A stretch of DNA of 64,000 nt from Octopus vulgaris (lineage: Eukaryota). A program made the position numbers and the translations under genes. Location of the stretch: the NCBI GenBank assembly GCA_951406725.2, contig OX597814.1, forward strand, positions 10,354,001-10,418,000, written 5' to 3'. This document shows, piece by piece, positions 27,448-41,396 of this stretch (its first letter is position 1; every line of letters begins with the position of its first letter). The notes beneath the pieces were generated by a model. It was not told where the DNA came from and made no database searches. It saw only the letters and a list, made by a program, of their open reading frames with translations.

Positions 27448-27699
27448 AAGATGGCGCCTACATCAGACGTTCTGGCGTAGAGGACCGTTTAAAATCTCTG
27501 TTTGAATGTTTTCTTCTACATTTATGTCGACTCCTCCAGCCTAAATCAGTAACTAGTTTATTTCTCCCATTATAAATATTTGAAACACCTTTTACTGACG
27601 TAGCGTTATTCAGACCGGGTTTAAAAACAAAAAAAAGACATACCATTTACCTTATACAATGTGGAATTTCGTTAACACGATCATGGCTGTAATTAACGG

Positions 27700-27960
27700 T
27701 ACAGCATACATACATACCAAGCGCAACCATGACAGGCCTAATACCATTATTTGGGACAGAAATTAAAAGATATGAATCGTTATTGAGGTCAGCTATCCTT
27801 CTGACGTGTATATCAATTCGAAAGTCACAAAGAAACAGGATAACTACAGACAATCTCTTCGAAACTTTCAGCTTCTAGACACAGGTTTAAAATTCAGTTA
27901 TACCAATAAATAAACAGTATACTTGGCTTTGGGAATAAATACCTATGTGATAATCTGGAT
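27700..27960 (+). mobile_element. Decayed restriction-like endonuclease (RLE) domain of an R2-group (R4-like) LINE
   Basis: Manual translation TKRNHDRPNTIIWDRN*KI*IVIEVSYPSDVYINSKVTKKQDNY fits the RPD...E(V/I)xxP...KxxKY pattern. Confidence 0.6.
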
Positions 27961-28149
27961 AAGCTTCAGTTTTTAGAAAAGGGCTCAACCAGCTATAATA
28001 TACACAATTCACATACAATCCATAAGCGGAACAGTAAAAGCATGCGAAACTTTTCTTAGTTTCAAAACGTGAATTATATATTTTACCTACATTCCAACAA
28101 AGGATCCTTTCTTGCAGGTGCATGTATACCTCACTGAGTTTTTAAAATG

Positions 28150-28575
28150 ATGTTTGAACACGTTCTTTATCTTGGTCTCCATCTCGGCCCTCGTGTTGCA
28201 GGTAATGCAATTGGTGTATTTCACAACCGCATCTCGCTCATGCTATGGCATTACAACTGGGAGAATTGGAAGGTCATAGAATAGGATTGGCGAAGTCGTA
28301 GAAATTCTCCGAAAAGCGTTTCTGACATTTTCCGGAGGTATGGCAAAGAAACGAATTCTGTTACCACACATATGGACTGTCAGCAGTAACTATCTTGAGC
28401 CAGTGTTTGACCACAGTCGCTAGTATCTTCAAATAGCTGTCTGAACTGAGCCCAAAGCTATGTTCAAAGATGTTGGACATCGTCATATCACCCTCACTGG
28501 AGACGCATCCCAAAACTATCACAGTTTAGGGAAACCTGGTTTCCATGATGTTCATGCCACGTCTTGTAGGCTTTA
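28150..28575 (-). mobile_element. maT-like (DD37D) Tc1/mariner transposase remnant
   Basis: Manual translation: METRFP*TVIVLGCVSSEGD...YLKILATVVKHWL...PYVW*QNSFLCHTSGKCQKRFSENFYDFANPIL*PSNSPSCNAI. There are 37 residues between the (mutated) second and third catalytic positions. Confidence 0.75.
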
Positions 28576-29297
28576 TCATAGTCACAGAGCCTTGAGCAGC
28601 TGTCACGATGTCGCATTTCCACAGCAGGCGCGAGTCATCATGACATAGATAATTGTTTTTCAATATTTAGATGGCTTCCCAGTAATCGATGTTAGTTGAC
28701 TTTTGCTCTCCGTTGTCGTTGACTGTTCACTAATACATCAAACTCTTTCTCGAAAAGGAAACAAGAAACAATGGAATTCAGCTTGACTACCCTTTATGTA
28801 TGTATGTATGTATGTATGTATGTATGTATGTATGTATGTATGTATGTATGTATGTATGTATGTATGTATGTATGCATGTATGTATGTGTATATGTACGTA
28901 TGTATACGTACGTATGTATGTAGGTGTGTATGTACGTATATACGTACGTACATTCGTGTATGTACATGTGCATGTGTTTTGTACAATTTTGTACTTGAGA
29001 AAAGTTAGTTATCAATCTATGTCCAACCTTATTATTCCATTGCAAATTCGTCCAATAATATTCTTTGTAATTCTATATAACCTACTCTGCATTCATTAAG
29101 ATATTTAACTAGTTTTGCTGTATGCTCATCATATATGCAAAATTAAATGTCATATCTTATCGTAATCGTTTCACAACCAGCAACGAGATACTCGGAGTAC
29201 ATATTCGTGAAGCTAGAACTGCCCTGTAAACTTCATCATTAATGTATATGCTTATGTTTATTTCTACTACTCTATCTTACGTTAATATATATATATA

Positions 29298-29563
29298 GGC
29301 GCAGGAGTGGTTGTGTGGTAAGTAGCTTGTTTACCAACCACATGGTTCCGGGTTCAGTCCCACTGCGTGGCATCTTGCGTAAGTGTCTTCTCCTATAGCC
29401 TCGAGCCAACCAATGCCTTGTGAGTGGATTTGGTAGACGGAAACTGAAAGAAGCATGTCGTATAATTATTTGTGTGTGTGTGTATATGTTTGTGTGTCTG
29501 TTTGTCCCTCTAGCATTGCTTGACAACCGATGCTGGTGTGTTTACGTCCCCGTCACTTAGCGG
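29298..29563 (+). mobile_element. SINE family A, 3'-truncated
   Basis: Matches 1919-2207 and breaks off where the 360-bp unit begins. Confidence 0.88.
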
Positions 29564-29566
29564 AGC

Positions 29567-29974
29567 TGTTATGGAGCAGTTACTGTCTATATCTCATTTA
29601 GAAAATTATTATTGCTGTCGAACAGATTTTCGAAATCAGCAAATGTATTTTGCTTGAAAATCTATATATAAATATCCTGCAGAGTGAGTTGTTCGTCGAG
29701 GAAGCGGTGCCTACCATACGTTGATAATAGGCAAACACCTTGAAACCTAGGTCCGTGTGTGGTTTCCGCTTCATCGGGGAATTATCTCCCTTTGCAGGAT
29801 AGAGGACGTCGTGATGGTGTCAAGCCTATCTGGCGACGTTGATGTTCGCCTGGGGCTAAATGCAACAGTAACACCCCCACCACCCTGCCCTGTCCCTAGC
29901 CATATTCAGATGGCTTTAGTCCCTTATGTTATGGAGCAGTTACTGTCTCTATCTCATTTAGAGAATTATTATTG

Positions 29975-29976
<2 letters not shown>
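29567..29976 (+). mobile_element. Terminally redundant 360-bp unit with degenerate HHR (pLTR/retrozyme-like)
   Basis: 50-bp direct repeats at 29567-29616 and 29927-29976 (2 mismatches). TATA-like tatatataaa near 29663, then tcgagga...GGTG..CACC-ttGAAA-CCTAGG-TC at 29694-29755. Ends in (TA)n. Confidence 0.6.
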
Positions 29977-30026
<50 letters not shown>

Positions 30027-30280
30027 GAATTTCGGGATGGTCGTTTTTTTGCCAAATAAACACACGCACAACATGTTCGTTCTTCACTCATTTATTAATG
30101 TTCTTATTTCATCTCTCCCTACATGTGTGTATGTATCTATACCTATCTATCCATATGTATAAGTATTTTACAAGCTTCAAGCTTATAAGAGATCACCGTG
30201 CAATGACTAAAGAAAAAGTCTAATAATTATTAGACTATTTTCTTTGAGTATAAGCTCTCGACAGAAAAAAGTAGGTTTTC

Positions 30281-30353
30281 CTGTACGGGTGCGACTCGAA
30301 CCCACACCTCTTTGTTTACACAGCCAGATGTGCTACCATTGCATCAACGCATC
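30281..30353 (-). pseudogene. tRNA-like sequence (His, GTG-like) followed by a T6 terminator
   Basis: D arm ATGC-AATGGTA-GCAC, loop CTGTGTA and T arm GTGGG-TTCGAGT-CGCAC. TTTTTT lies downstream and the stems are imperfect. Confidence 0.5.
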
Positions 30354-30469
30354 AACCTGCTTCTTTGTCAGGTTTAAGGACTATAATTAGTTCGTAGTTC
30401 TTTTTGTAAACAAACTGTCATTTGCTTTCACTGCGATGGTTTTGCTAAGCAGCGTCAATTTTTTGCTAG

Positions 30470-30652
<183 letters not shown>

Positions 30653-30759
30653 GACTATTATTCCTTCGTAACTCAGTGTAGGTAAAAATGCACAGGAGAC
30701 TTTAGTCATCTTTGAAGTCACAAGGACCTCAGTAAGGACTATTATTGTTATTATCATTT

Positions 30760-30907
30760 TTCTATGTTTGACTTTTGCTTTATATTTGTACAAGTTAGCT
30801 CCAAGTCTCACCCAGAGACCTCAAGAGACAACAGGTTGGAAGTTCGTATTGTTGCTATGCCTAGTGTGCCATATCTTTAGTTTTGTATTTAGTGTTGTAC
30901 TAGTGAA

Positions 30908-30981
<74 letters not shown>

Positions 30982-31126
30982 TATGGTTGACTTTTGCTTT
31001 ATATTTGTACAAGTTGGCTCCAAGTCTCACCCAGAGACCTCAAGAGACAACAGGTTGGAAGTTCGTGTTGTTGCTATGCCTAGTGTGCCATATCTTTGGT
31101 TTTGTATTTAGTGTTGTACTAGTGAA

Positions 31127-31127
<1 letters not shown>
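30760..31127 (-). mobile_element. Two tandem copies of a 149-bp putative LINE 3' end in (ATT)n
   Basis: 30760-30908 and 30979-31127 are nearly identical, and each is bounded by (ATT)n. Confidence 0.6.
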
Positions 31128-31169
<42 letters not shown>

Positions 31170-31873
31170 GCCTTCGTACAGCTTCTAATGCTGGAGATTT
31201 ACTACCGTGTCAGGTATTCATTACCGGAGAACTAAGGTAACAACTTTTATTTTTCGAGCACCTTCCGGAGTATTTGAGCGGTTCCAATCAGTGCTATTTT
31301 CTGCAAGTGCTTCACCCTTATTGCAGCTCCTATTTGTTCCACGTACTTCTCGAGATTTTGCTCACTGTTCCCAGGGCTCCGACAACTATTGGTACTACTG
31401 CTAGATTTTTCATCGACGACAACTGCTTAACTTCCCAAGCTAACCTGTCATATCTCTCGACTTTTCTTTCTTCCTTATCGCATACCTTGTTGTCAGCTTG
31501 GGCATGCTATATCTATGATCCAGCATAGCTTGCTTTCTTTCTCAATTAAGACCATGTCTGGTTTCATATTCTCTATCTCATGGTCGCACTGACTCATAAA
31601 ATCCCATAAGATTTTTGCATTTCCATTTTCCACGATGCCTTCAGGTTTGTGGTCGTACAAATTTTTTGCTCTGTCAAGTCCATACTTGTTGCAAAGTGTC
31701 CAATGGACAAGCTTTGCTATATTGTCGTGGCGTCTCTTATATTCCTTCTGAGCTAGTGGCATACATTGGTTGGTAATATGCCATACGGTTTCACCGATTT
31801 GTCCACAGATTGTGCACTTATCAATTTCTGCTGTGTTGTCTATTCTGTATTTTATGTAGTTTGTTTTTAGTGC
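31170..31873 (-). mobile_element. R4/Dong-like non-LTR retrotransposon 3' fragment (CCHC knuckle + RLE)
   Basis: ALKTNY...KCTICGQIGETVWHITNQC-PLAQKEYKRRHDNIAKLVHW...ILWDF...KPDMVLI...IIDIACP...VPIVVGALG...LQKIALIGTAQILRKVL*. Stop at 31247-31249, followed by a (TAA)n tail. Confidence 0.92.
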
Positions 31874-31940
31874 TTATCCTCCTCCTCCTCTTCCTCCGCC
31901 TCCTCCTCCTCCTCATCATCATCATCATTATCACCACCAC

Positions 31941-31988
<48 letters not shown>

Positions 31989-31994
31989 TATTAA

Positions 31995-32132
31995 TGTTCT
32001 GAGATCAAATTCGGCTTTGTCTTTCATCCTTTCAGGGTCAATAAAATAAGTACCAGTTTAACACTGGGAGAGTCGATGCAATCGACTGATAACTTCCCCT
32101 GAAGTTGTTGGCCTTGTGCAAAAATTTGAAAT
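31995..32132 (+). mobile_element. SINE family B fragment
   Basis: ttctgagatcaaattc...ctttcatcctttcagggtcaataaaataagtaccag (Nin-like domain). Confidence 0.75.
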
Positions 32133-33560
<1,428 letters not shown>

Positions 33561-34154
33561 TGCCTACGAAAATGATGAATCTGAAAAAAAGAAAAGAAAA
33601 GATATTAAAGCTCATCCACATTAAATTATAGATCTCTCCCCCCCCCTCGTACCTCTCCTCCACTCCTTCGCACAGCATTATTGATATAATGTGTATTTAA
33701 CGAACAAACGACAACAAGCAAAAACAAAATTCGTTGATCACTTTGTTATATTGACTTGCTACGTCTTTTTAATACACGATCTCTTTTTTTTTTATATGTA
33801 AATAATTTCATAAAATACATTTTGTAATATACGCGTGTGTGTATGAGCTTGCGTGTGCGAATGTATTATCTTAAAAAGTGGGCAAAAATAGCAAAGAAGA
33901 AAAGGACAGCAGACAGAAAACCAAAAAGAGTCTTTTAACCCTTTGCACTTCCATTGAGAAGCTCCGAGGCTGCTAAGGCTCGAAATTTTGGACGGTCTGT
34001 GAGATGAAAGCCAGTTGGTTTCTTTGGATGTTTGTGGGAAGTATTAGTTTAATAGAAAGGGCCTTTTAAAATACTGATAAACTAACTACCCACCCTTCAC
34101 ACAAGCTCTTATTCTTTGTAGCTCCCAACAGTCTGCTAAACGAAAATGAAAAGA

Positions 34155-34318
34155 TGTATTTCATCCAAAGGATAGAGCCATTGTGTGTATGCATACTTAC
34201 GTCAATGTGTGTGTGTGTGTGTTTGTTTATGTGTATGTATATTATTATTGACTTTATTATTTAAAACAGTTTCATGGCCTCATGGCAGGAACCAAGCTCG
34301 TGAAACTCGGGCGGCTGA

Positions 34319-34355
<37 letters not shown>

Positions 34356-35008
34356 TTACGAGGGGTTGCTAAAATATTCCTAGCTTTGGGTTAAAGAGAA
34401 TACAGAAAGGACAATAAATTGATTGTATTGAACATATTCCCCTCTTAGATTCACACACTTATTGCGGCGCTCCGTCAGTCTTTTCCAAGCCCCGTAAAAG
34501 AACTCGGAAGTTTGGGCCTCGAAGCACGACATTTGCGAAACCCTTAAAACCAGGAACTTTTCAGTATCCCTTCGTAAATGTGTGTGTGAGTATGTATATA
34601 TATTCGTATACATATATTTATGTATGTGTGTAAGGGTTTCGCAAATGTCGTGCTTCGAGGCCCAAACTTCCGAGTTCTTTTACGGGGCTTGGAAAAAACT
34701 GACGGAGCGCCGCAATAAGTGTGTGAATCTAAGAGGGGAATATGTTCAATACAATCAATTTATTGTCCTTTCTGTATTCTCTTTAACCCAAAGCTAGGAA
34801 CTTTTCAGCAACCCCTCGTAAGTATATATATATATATATATGATTCAGCCGCCCGAGTTTCACGAGCTTGGTTCCTGCCATGAGGCCATGAAACTGTTTT
34901 AAATAATAAAGTCAATAATAATATACATACACATAAACAAACACACACACACACACATTGACGTAAGTATGCATACACACAATGGCTCTATCCTTTGGAT
35001 GAAATACA
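34155..35008. repeat. Long near-perfect inverted duplication (arms 34155-34546 and 34631-35008, 84-bp spacer)
   Basis: The arms are reverse complements apart from the (TA)n length and about 3 substitutions. The ORF track shows the same peptide on both strands. Confidence 0.95.
34357..34576. mobile_element. Mariner-derived MITE
   Basis: TIRs tacgaggggttgctaaaatattcc / ggaacttttcagtatcccttcgta with TA ends. Internal WKRLTERRNKCVNLRGEYV resembles the mariner transposase C-terminus. A relative lies near 36880-37045. Confidence 0.85.
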
Positions 35009-35643
35009 CATACTAATACGTACTAATACATACTAATACATACTAATACATACACCAACCCTATACATACACACGTCCAGACCCCTCATACGCACTTATA
35101 CTCTCTCATACACACACACACACACACTTATACATACTAATACGTACTAATACATACTAATACATACTAATACATACAGCAACCCCATACATACGCACGT
35201 CCAGACCAATCCTACGCACTAATACTCTCTCATACACACACACACACACACACACACCCTTATACATACTAATACATACTAATACATACACCAACCCTAT
35301 ACATACACACGTCCAGACCCCTCCTACGCACTAATAGCTGGTCCTTCAACCCTATTATCAACCCTATTATCTCCCCTTATTTCGCTCTCGCGTCTCATGT
35401 TTGATCTTTGACCTCTGGCCGAAATCAGATCGCCATGTTGATTCGTTAGTTACTGCACGCATTTTTTTCTCTCCTTCTTTCTGTGTTTTTTTTTCTCTCT
35501 GTGTATCTTTCTGTTGAAGAGCGTAGGCTCGAAACGTTAAAGACTTGTTTTATTTATATTTCCTGAGCGCCATACTAATACAATTGTTCGTTTGTTTTCC
35601 ACCTGCCTTCGTCTTTTGTCTATTTTCATAAAGCTTCCCGTTG
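35009..35643 (+). mobile_element. Non-autonomous Penelope-like element with internal minisatellite and HHR motif
   Basis: About three repeats of catactaata...gtccagacccctc, then the HHR motif at 35506-35543, ending at (TA)n. Related to 5240-5722. Confidence 0.65.
35506..35543 (+). ncRNA. Minimal type I hammerhead-like motif with non-canonical core (A6U)
   Basis: UCUUU-CUGUUGA-A-GAGC guag GCUC-GAAA-CG-UU-AAAGA. Helix I is a perfect 5 bp, helix II is 4 bp, and helix III is the palindrome ACGU. Confidence 0.62.
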
Positions 35644-35663
35644 TATATATATATATATATATG

Positions 35664-35736
<73 letters not shown>

Positions 35737-36054
35737 GCGCGTGCATCTACCTGCTTGTGGATGTATATGTTATAGACGTTTCGATTGGAGGATTATGTGT
35801 GGTATACTAAATTTTTTTTATATATAGTTGTTTTGGTTTTTGTTTGCACTTAGTTGTTACTCTCAATCATTGGACTACAACTATAATCGTACGGTGTTGT
35901 CACGGATCTGAAATTATTTTTTCAGACATGTACTAATATAACTGTTGATAGACTGACGATGTTTTACCTTTTTGTTATAAATGGTGATCATTCTGTACAC
36001 TCAGTCAATATTTAACACTGCAGGTACTGCAGGTACTCACCCGATTGTTGACCT

Positions 36055-36513
36055 CTCAAACGAATGAAAACATGAAAATTCTTGAACTGATCTCGGAGGA
36101 CGTCTTGGAACAATTGACGAACTTGTTGATATGACAGGTGTACCCTGAGTTCCTGCCAACGAATTTTGCGTGGAGAATTGCGAATGAAAGAGTTGCGGCA
36201 AAATTTGGGCCTCGCTTGCTCAAGAACAGTTGGAAGTTGATCCGTATCTTTTTTCGAAGGTCATTATTGGTGACGAAAGCCGATGCTACAGAATTTGCAG
36301 GTGTGGGAGATGGGAAGAAAAACACTACTGGGGCGTTAAAAGGCATAACTTCGCAAGAGTTCCAGCACTCGTTACAGCAATGGAAGATGAGTCTGGACCG
36401 ATGCATCGCTTCAAATAGAGAATAATTTGAAGGCGATAAATGTGTAAATATGTAAAACTAAGTGAATAAAATAACCTTACAAAATTCGGGTTTCTTTTGG
36501 GTACCCCCTCGTA
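36055..36513 (+). mobile_element. Internally deleted mariner transposon, right end
   Basis: RVAAKFGPRLL, FSKVIIGDESRCY and FQHSLQQWKMSLDRCIASNRE*FEGD, then TIR ttcgggtttcttttgggtaccccctcg-TA. Confidence 0.85.
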
Positions 36514-36534
36514 TGTATATATATACATACATGC

Positions 36535-36741
36535 CTATGCGGAGAAAATCCCTGGAGAAAGACATCATGCTCGGAATGGTCAGTGGCAAGAGATGAAGAG
36601 GCCGACCAAGAACCCGCTGGCTTGACACCATCAAGAGTGATACCGGAATGGACATAGCCAATCTGAAAGAAGCGGCCCAGGATAGAACTGACTGGAGGAC
36701 ACTGATTCATCAAATAACCGAGAGTCGACTTCGACTGAGAG

Positions 36742-36829
<88 letters not shown>

Positions 36830-36845
36830 TATAGATAGATAGATA
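36535..36845 (+). mobile_element. RTE-clade LINE 3' end with (GATA)n tail
   Basis: RRKSLEKDIMLGMVSGKR*RGRPRTRWLDTIKSDTG...AAQDRTDWRTLI, typical of the RTE/BovB C-terminus. Confidence 0.88.
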
Positions 36846-38280
36846 GCCTATACACATGATATAAGTGTACATATATGAATGGGTGGATACTGAAAAGTTC
36901 CAGGCTTTGTGTAAAAGAAAATATAGGAAGATCAATTGATCATGATTTTATTCATACACTTATTACAGTGGTCCTTAAGTTTTTTCTAAGTCCTGTAAAA
37001 GAACTCGGAAGGTTGGGCCTCCAGCCAGGCTTTCGCAGCACCCACATCGTGTTAGTACCAAGCGCCAGTCGTGCATTTGAATTATTTACTCATTTCAAAT
37101 ACTGGCATACGTGTCGTAAATTTGGAGAGCCGAGTCTTTGTCAATCAAACTACCTCATTGCATATGCTTCTTTATCTGGTACTGAAATAATTCAAACCCA
37201 GAGGGATAAAAATTAGAGCGAACTCTGTAAAGATTTGAACAAAGAACGAAGAGGGAAATGAATTCATGTACATTACAATGTTTAATCTGGCGTCTTACGC
37301 TTATGACATTCTGCTATTATCAATTGATTTTAAATATCGCATTTGGGATGAATAATTCGATAAATATTTAGGCCTTTATCCTCATCACACATACATGGCA
37401 TTCAGCTGTTTAAAATTAAGTCTTAGTAAATTAGACGCTCTTTGATAAGCAAGTAAAACATGAACCAGACCGTTATCTTATTAATTGCAATTGTAGATTA
37501 TAATGAGTGACTTTATATCGCCACATGTAAGTATGTATATGTGTATGGATGTACGTATGCCTATGCGTGCATATACAGACACATACACACAAGCATATAC
37601 ACATACACAAACACACACATACACACCTACAGTAATGTATTTACGGATATACGTATCTTCGGATGTATGACCGCATACAGCATATATGTAATTATATACA
37701 CATGCTTGAATGTATGCACATGTATATATGTGGGTATTTGCGCATGTACGAATGTGTGTCGATGTGACATGTATATACACATGATTATACTCTTCTCAAG
37801 GGACATATGTGTTTCATATTTCACACTATGACATAGTGTCCTGTGAACAGAGACATACATTTGTACGTGGGTGTGCGCGTGTGTACGAGTATGTATATAC
37901 ATATACACAGATATAAATATATGTATATGTATATATATATACATACATATATCTATATATACGTTGAGAGGTATATTTATATTCTTCATACATATTATGC
38001 TTGTGAATACTTTTGCATGTGTGTCAATATATTCAAGAAAATATTTTATATGCTTATATTTTTTTGTGCACATATTACTGATTTCACTAACTGGACCGTG
38101 CCCAAGCTGGAGCATCGCTTCTATATATGTATGTCTATATATGTGTATATGTGTATACAAAAATGATTATACACATACGTATATATCTGTGTGTATTCAT
38201 TTTCTTGATATATATATACATACATACATATATATATATACATATATGTGTGTATGTATGTATGTATATATATATGTATG

Positions 38281-38343
<63 letters not shown>

Positions 38344-38348
38344 GGATG

Positions 38349-38422
<74 letters not shown>

Positions 38423-38431
38423 TATATATTC

Positions 38432-38836
38432 TTTTCTTTTATTCTTTTGTTTGTTTCAGTCATTTGACTGCGGCCATGCTGGAGCCGCCTTTAGTCGAAC
38501 AAATCGATCCCAGGACTTATTCTTTGTAAGCGTAGTACTTATTCTATCAGACTCTTTTCTTGAACTGCTTAGTTACGAGGACGTAAACACACCAGCATCG
38601 GTTGTCAAGTGATGGGGGTGGACATAAACACAGACACGCAAATACATACACACACACATATACACACAAACACACGTACACATATATACGACGGGCTTCT
38701 TTCAGTTTCCGTTTACCAAATCCACTCACAAGGGGGCTATAGTAGAAGACACTAGACCAAGGTGTCACCCAGTGGGAACGAACCCGGAACCATGTGATGG
38801 TAAGCAAGCTACTTACCACACAGCCACTCCTACGCC
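38432..38836 (-). mobile_element. SINE family A, near full length
   Basis: Reverse complement of the family A consensus. Confidence 0.9.
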
Positions 38837-39109
38837 TGTACTTATATGTATGTATGAATGTTTGAATGTATACAAGTATAGGCTTTGAGGAATAAAACAA
38901 ACAACCCATTTCCCTATATCAATATCATAGGCACACATCTCTACGCGAAAATACAATTATGGTTTTATGTATTTATTTAATGTTTATCTGTTTGTCGATG
39001 CAAAAAGCATTGTTTGCTTATGCATACACTACCTATATTAGTAGAATCACAGACATTTGTATTTATGTACATATGTATTTATTTACGTAAGTGCGTGTTT
39101 TCGCGTGTA

Positions 39110-39157
<48 letters not shown>

Positions 39158-39629
39158 TCTGCATGTGTCTATCCCTGTGTTAGTGTCTATGTCTGTTGTG
39201 TATTAAGTTATGCTCACTGATATCATTTTCATTAGGATTCAATCAATTTCACACTATTACACTTCGCTAAAGAACGATGCAACGAAAACCCCTTTTCGGA
39301 AGCCGCGCGTTATTGACATTATCACAGATAGAGCCGACTGGACTCACCCTCGCCCTATTGGTCTTTGCAAAGCATTAGGCACCACAGCGTCTGAACAGCG
39401 ATTACGATCCGACATGTTTGTGCCAGAACCAATTAACTGACAGAGTACACGGGCGCAGAATCAGCAACTGGCCAATCAAATTCTAGTTTGGAACTGTACG
39501 CTCTAAAACCCTCAGTCGCCAGACCGTCAAACCAGTTTTTCCTTTTCCTTTTACATTTAACTTCCTTTATTTAATATACATACATGTGTGTGTAAATATA
39601 TACACATACATACATACATATATATATAT

Positions 39630-39685
<56 letters not shown>

Positions 39686-39688
39686 GTA

Positions 39689-39719
<31 letters not shown>

Positions 39720-39826
39720 GTACAGTTATATATATATGTATATATATTTGTATATATATATGAATATATATGAATATATATATACATATAAATGCATACA
39801 TACATACATAATACATACATACATAC

Positions 39827-39887
<61 letters not shown>

Positions 39888-40798
39888 TATACTTTATATT
39901 GTATTATTTTTAGGGTCCACACCATCAGATTAGGGGTGACAGGGAATGAGAAGATAACAAATAAAGAAAACAAAAATATAAAAAATATATAACAAAATAG
40001 ATAAAAATGTAGAAAAAACCAAGGCACGAAAGAATAAAACCCCAAAAAATAAAGTAAGAAAAAAAGAAAAGAAAATATGGTCGAGAATATAAAAGAAAAA
40101 AAAATAGCGAAGGGCAGACACTGTCATGTTAAAGTACCATTTATCCTATAGTTTTTATCCCCGTCTAATAGCATCTGCATTTTGAACAGATCAATCAGTT
40201 TTGTTAAATAGCTTGATTAGAAACTTGCCAGTTATGTTTGCATTCTGGAAAAACCCTGATTCTTTCACTTCCACCACACTGACATCTCCTCTCCCTCTCT
40301 CTCTCTATCTCTACTTCTCTTTCTCCCTCTCTCCCTATCTCTCTTTCTCTCTCTCTCTAACATACAATACCGCTTTTATTCAGTCTCATCTCCTGTTTGA
40401 GCATTTAGTGCCTCTCTTTTCCTCTTTATGTCTTTATATTCTACTGCTTCTTCCGCTTGCGTTTACGTAAACGTACATATGTCGTTATGCGTGTTTCTCA
40501 ATACCTTTGTCGCTCTCTCTCTCTTTCTCTCTCTCTTGCTCTCTCTCACTCTGGTTCTTTTCCGAAAAGAAATCTTTCAAACCCTTGCTTGATTTTGTTT
40601 TTAATTTTCAAAACCATAATACAATAATTAAACGTACATTCATTTCATATGCTGAAGGATTCTTTTCAATACCCCTTTTATGGCTACTCCGCTTCTCTTC
40701 CTCCAACTGCTTTAATACTTGATATTTCAATAAGTTCATAGTTCCTTATAATAATGATGAATATGATGATGATGACAACGACGACGACGGCGATGATA

Positions 40799-40860
<62 letters not shown>

Positions 40861-41043
40861 AAAAAAAATTAATCTAATGTACCTGGGAATAATTTCACTT
40901 TCAGTGGAATTCTTCGTAGCTTTACCGTTTCAGTGAATTCACTATTTCGCTTTTTAATAAAAAAAAAAAAGGTTTAAATTTTATACACCATTCTACAGTC
41001 TTTTGGTCTTTTCTGTGTTTACTGTATTTTAATTCTCTCTCAT

Positions 41044-41102
<59 letters not shown>

Positions 41103-41396
41103 CCCTTCATATTCTCCGTTGAAACTCTAACTGGATCCACGTTGCTACCTTTACAGATGTCGATAAAGTTAAGTCATAGTCGATTACGAATATTGATATA
41201 GTCGACACTGTGAGGTGTTTTCTCTTTTTAAAAAAAAAACTGTTTGAAAGCATCATTTAAAATATTATTGAAATGCAACACTTAAATCTATGGATTATCT
41301 GAATAGTTAGAGATCCAATAAAATACCGCTCTGAGTTCAATGCCGTCCCAAGACAACTTTGCCTTTCGTCTTTCTGTGTTCGATAAACTACTATAG

